Shown here in pieces: positions 55,174 through 64,000 of a stretch of DNA of 64,000 nt. Position 1 is the first letter of the stretch. Every line of letters begins with the position of its first letter. The position numbers and the translations under genes were made by a program. Below the pieces are notes generated by a model. The model was not told where the DNA came from. It did no database searches and saw only the letters and a list, made by a program, of their open reading frames with translations. Source of the DNA: Amoebidium appalachense (taxonomy: Eukaryota; Protista; Ichthyosporea); contig CAVNZM010000008.1 in assembly GCA_963693365.1 (NCBI GenBank), positions 10,255,172 through 10,319,171 on the forward strand. Reading direction: 5' to 3'.

Positions 55174-56565
55174 TTTAGAACAACCTCACGAACTTAGATT
55201 CCTGATTCTGATGACTCTAACATGGTATGAAGGTTGTTTGTACATACTTGATATGAGAGATCTTTTCCATTATCGTATATATAGCTGACGGTTTACTGAA
55301 TTTGAGAGATCTTTGAAAAATCATTGATATGATATGGCTGATGTGAGATATCTTTTACGTAATGGTATATTTAGTTGGTTGTCTGCAACCTGATATATTG
55401 ATGAATCATTCCTGAGCTTGAAATGATGCTCGTTTTTGGTGTTCACCTGGAACAGGGTTTCGTATCCCTGCACCACACTCGATGGCTATGCAGGCCCAGA
55501 AGTGTAGCAAGATTTCCAAAAACCATTCGTAGTCCCCTTTTAGGAGTCTTTTTCAACGGGGAATAAAGTGCACCGTGTGCAGGTCACACCAGAATACGTC
55601 ATTAAGAGAGTCTCCGCCCCTGCGGCTATACGGTACATGAACTTCGGGCCAACAAACTTTCAAGTGTGCTTACAATTTACGAGCCACCTACATTTGCCGC
55701 ACGGTGCGTGTTTACAGATTGCTGGAGGCAGATTTTTAGATGTGCTGAAAGGGACACTGTGCTGAAAGGGACACAATCCCCACATCATGCACTAACGGGG
55801 TTCAAATGGCTTCATTTCGTTTCCTTACTAGTGAATGTGCGCAAGATCTTTGGGGAAGCCAGCCCAGGCGCTTGCAGCAATCGCGAGTGTTTCAACTCAT
55901 TATAATGTCCCACATATTTATAAAAGGCACATGTATATCACTTTTGCTTGCACGCGATCAAGTAATGGCATATGTATTTTCATGCATGTATTTTGAACAG
56001 GATCTACTCCAAGTACATTATAATTATTCTGATAGAACTTCAACAAACATCTACAGTGAACAACAATGTATGTACGTGCAACTCGTGTTGTGTTGCCTTC
56101 TCCCAAGTGTTTGGCTACTTGTAGGGTTGACCCAAACACGCCGTGAGACTGTAACATAATGGATGAATGCAGACGCGCGTTCAGACACGTTCTGTGCCCA
56201 TAGGTATATTTTCGGGCCAGCCCTTTTGTTATATTATGTAAGTGTTCTCGAAGCATCATAAAATATATACAAGATCCCACTGCATCACTAAGATCTTCAA
56301 CAGCACCGTGAGATACATATAAACGTTATGTCACTATACATACAGTGCTCCCATACGAAGCACCTGCATCGATCACGAAAATAAGGGAAGGCATACAGCA
56401 AGACGCTAGCCTTTTCAAGCAGACCATCACTCTTCTACCCCTTCTACCGTACATCTCATCCGAACTCCAAAATACGACATTTTACGTTGGCTCAAAACTC
56501 AAACCTGCGCTGAGGCCGACTGTCTCAGACAGACTGCAGGCATACAGACCCCAACCTATCGGGGG

Positions 56566-63890
<7,325 letters not shown>

Positions 63891-64000
63891 CTGCACACGG
63901 TGAAAATTGATAAGTATATCACAGTATATCACTCATTATGTCACTTAGTATATCCCTTAGTATATCACTCAGTACATCACCTTGTAGTATCACTTACCAA

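Overview
Eukaryotic, very intron-rich DNA packed with (CA)n/(GT)n, (GA)n/(CT)n and poly-C/poly-G tracts; nearly all short ORFs in the track are microsatellite noise. A full PLC-gamma plus fungal-like branch points suggests a unicellular holozoan (inference only). Reconstructed by hand: (1) a decayed chlorophyllase-like hydrolase on the - strand (~2.1-5.35 kb) that no single ORF reveals; (2) an intronless 853-aa orphan with two zinc-finger-like motifs; (3) a ~35-exon PLC-gamma gene (20000-46566, ~1368 aa, all exon phases consistent); (4) an intronless PKA-like kinase; (5) the 3' part of a - strand MDR/VAT-1-like oxidoreductase. The most unusual signals are intronic: a dispersed ~150-bp element with hammerhead core boxes, in sense orientation in 6/6 copies; tandem copies of exon-intron junctions in several introns, one of which could insert 55 aa in frame into the autoinhibitory cSH2; and a 35-bp minisatellite with higher-order structure built from splice-signal words.
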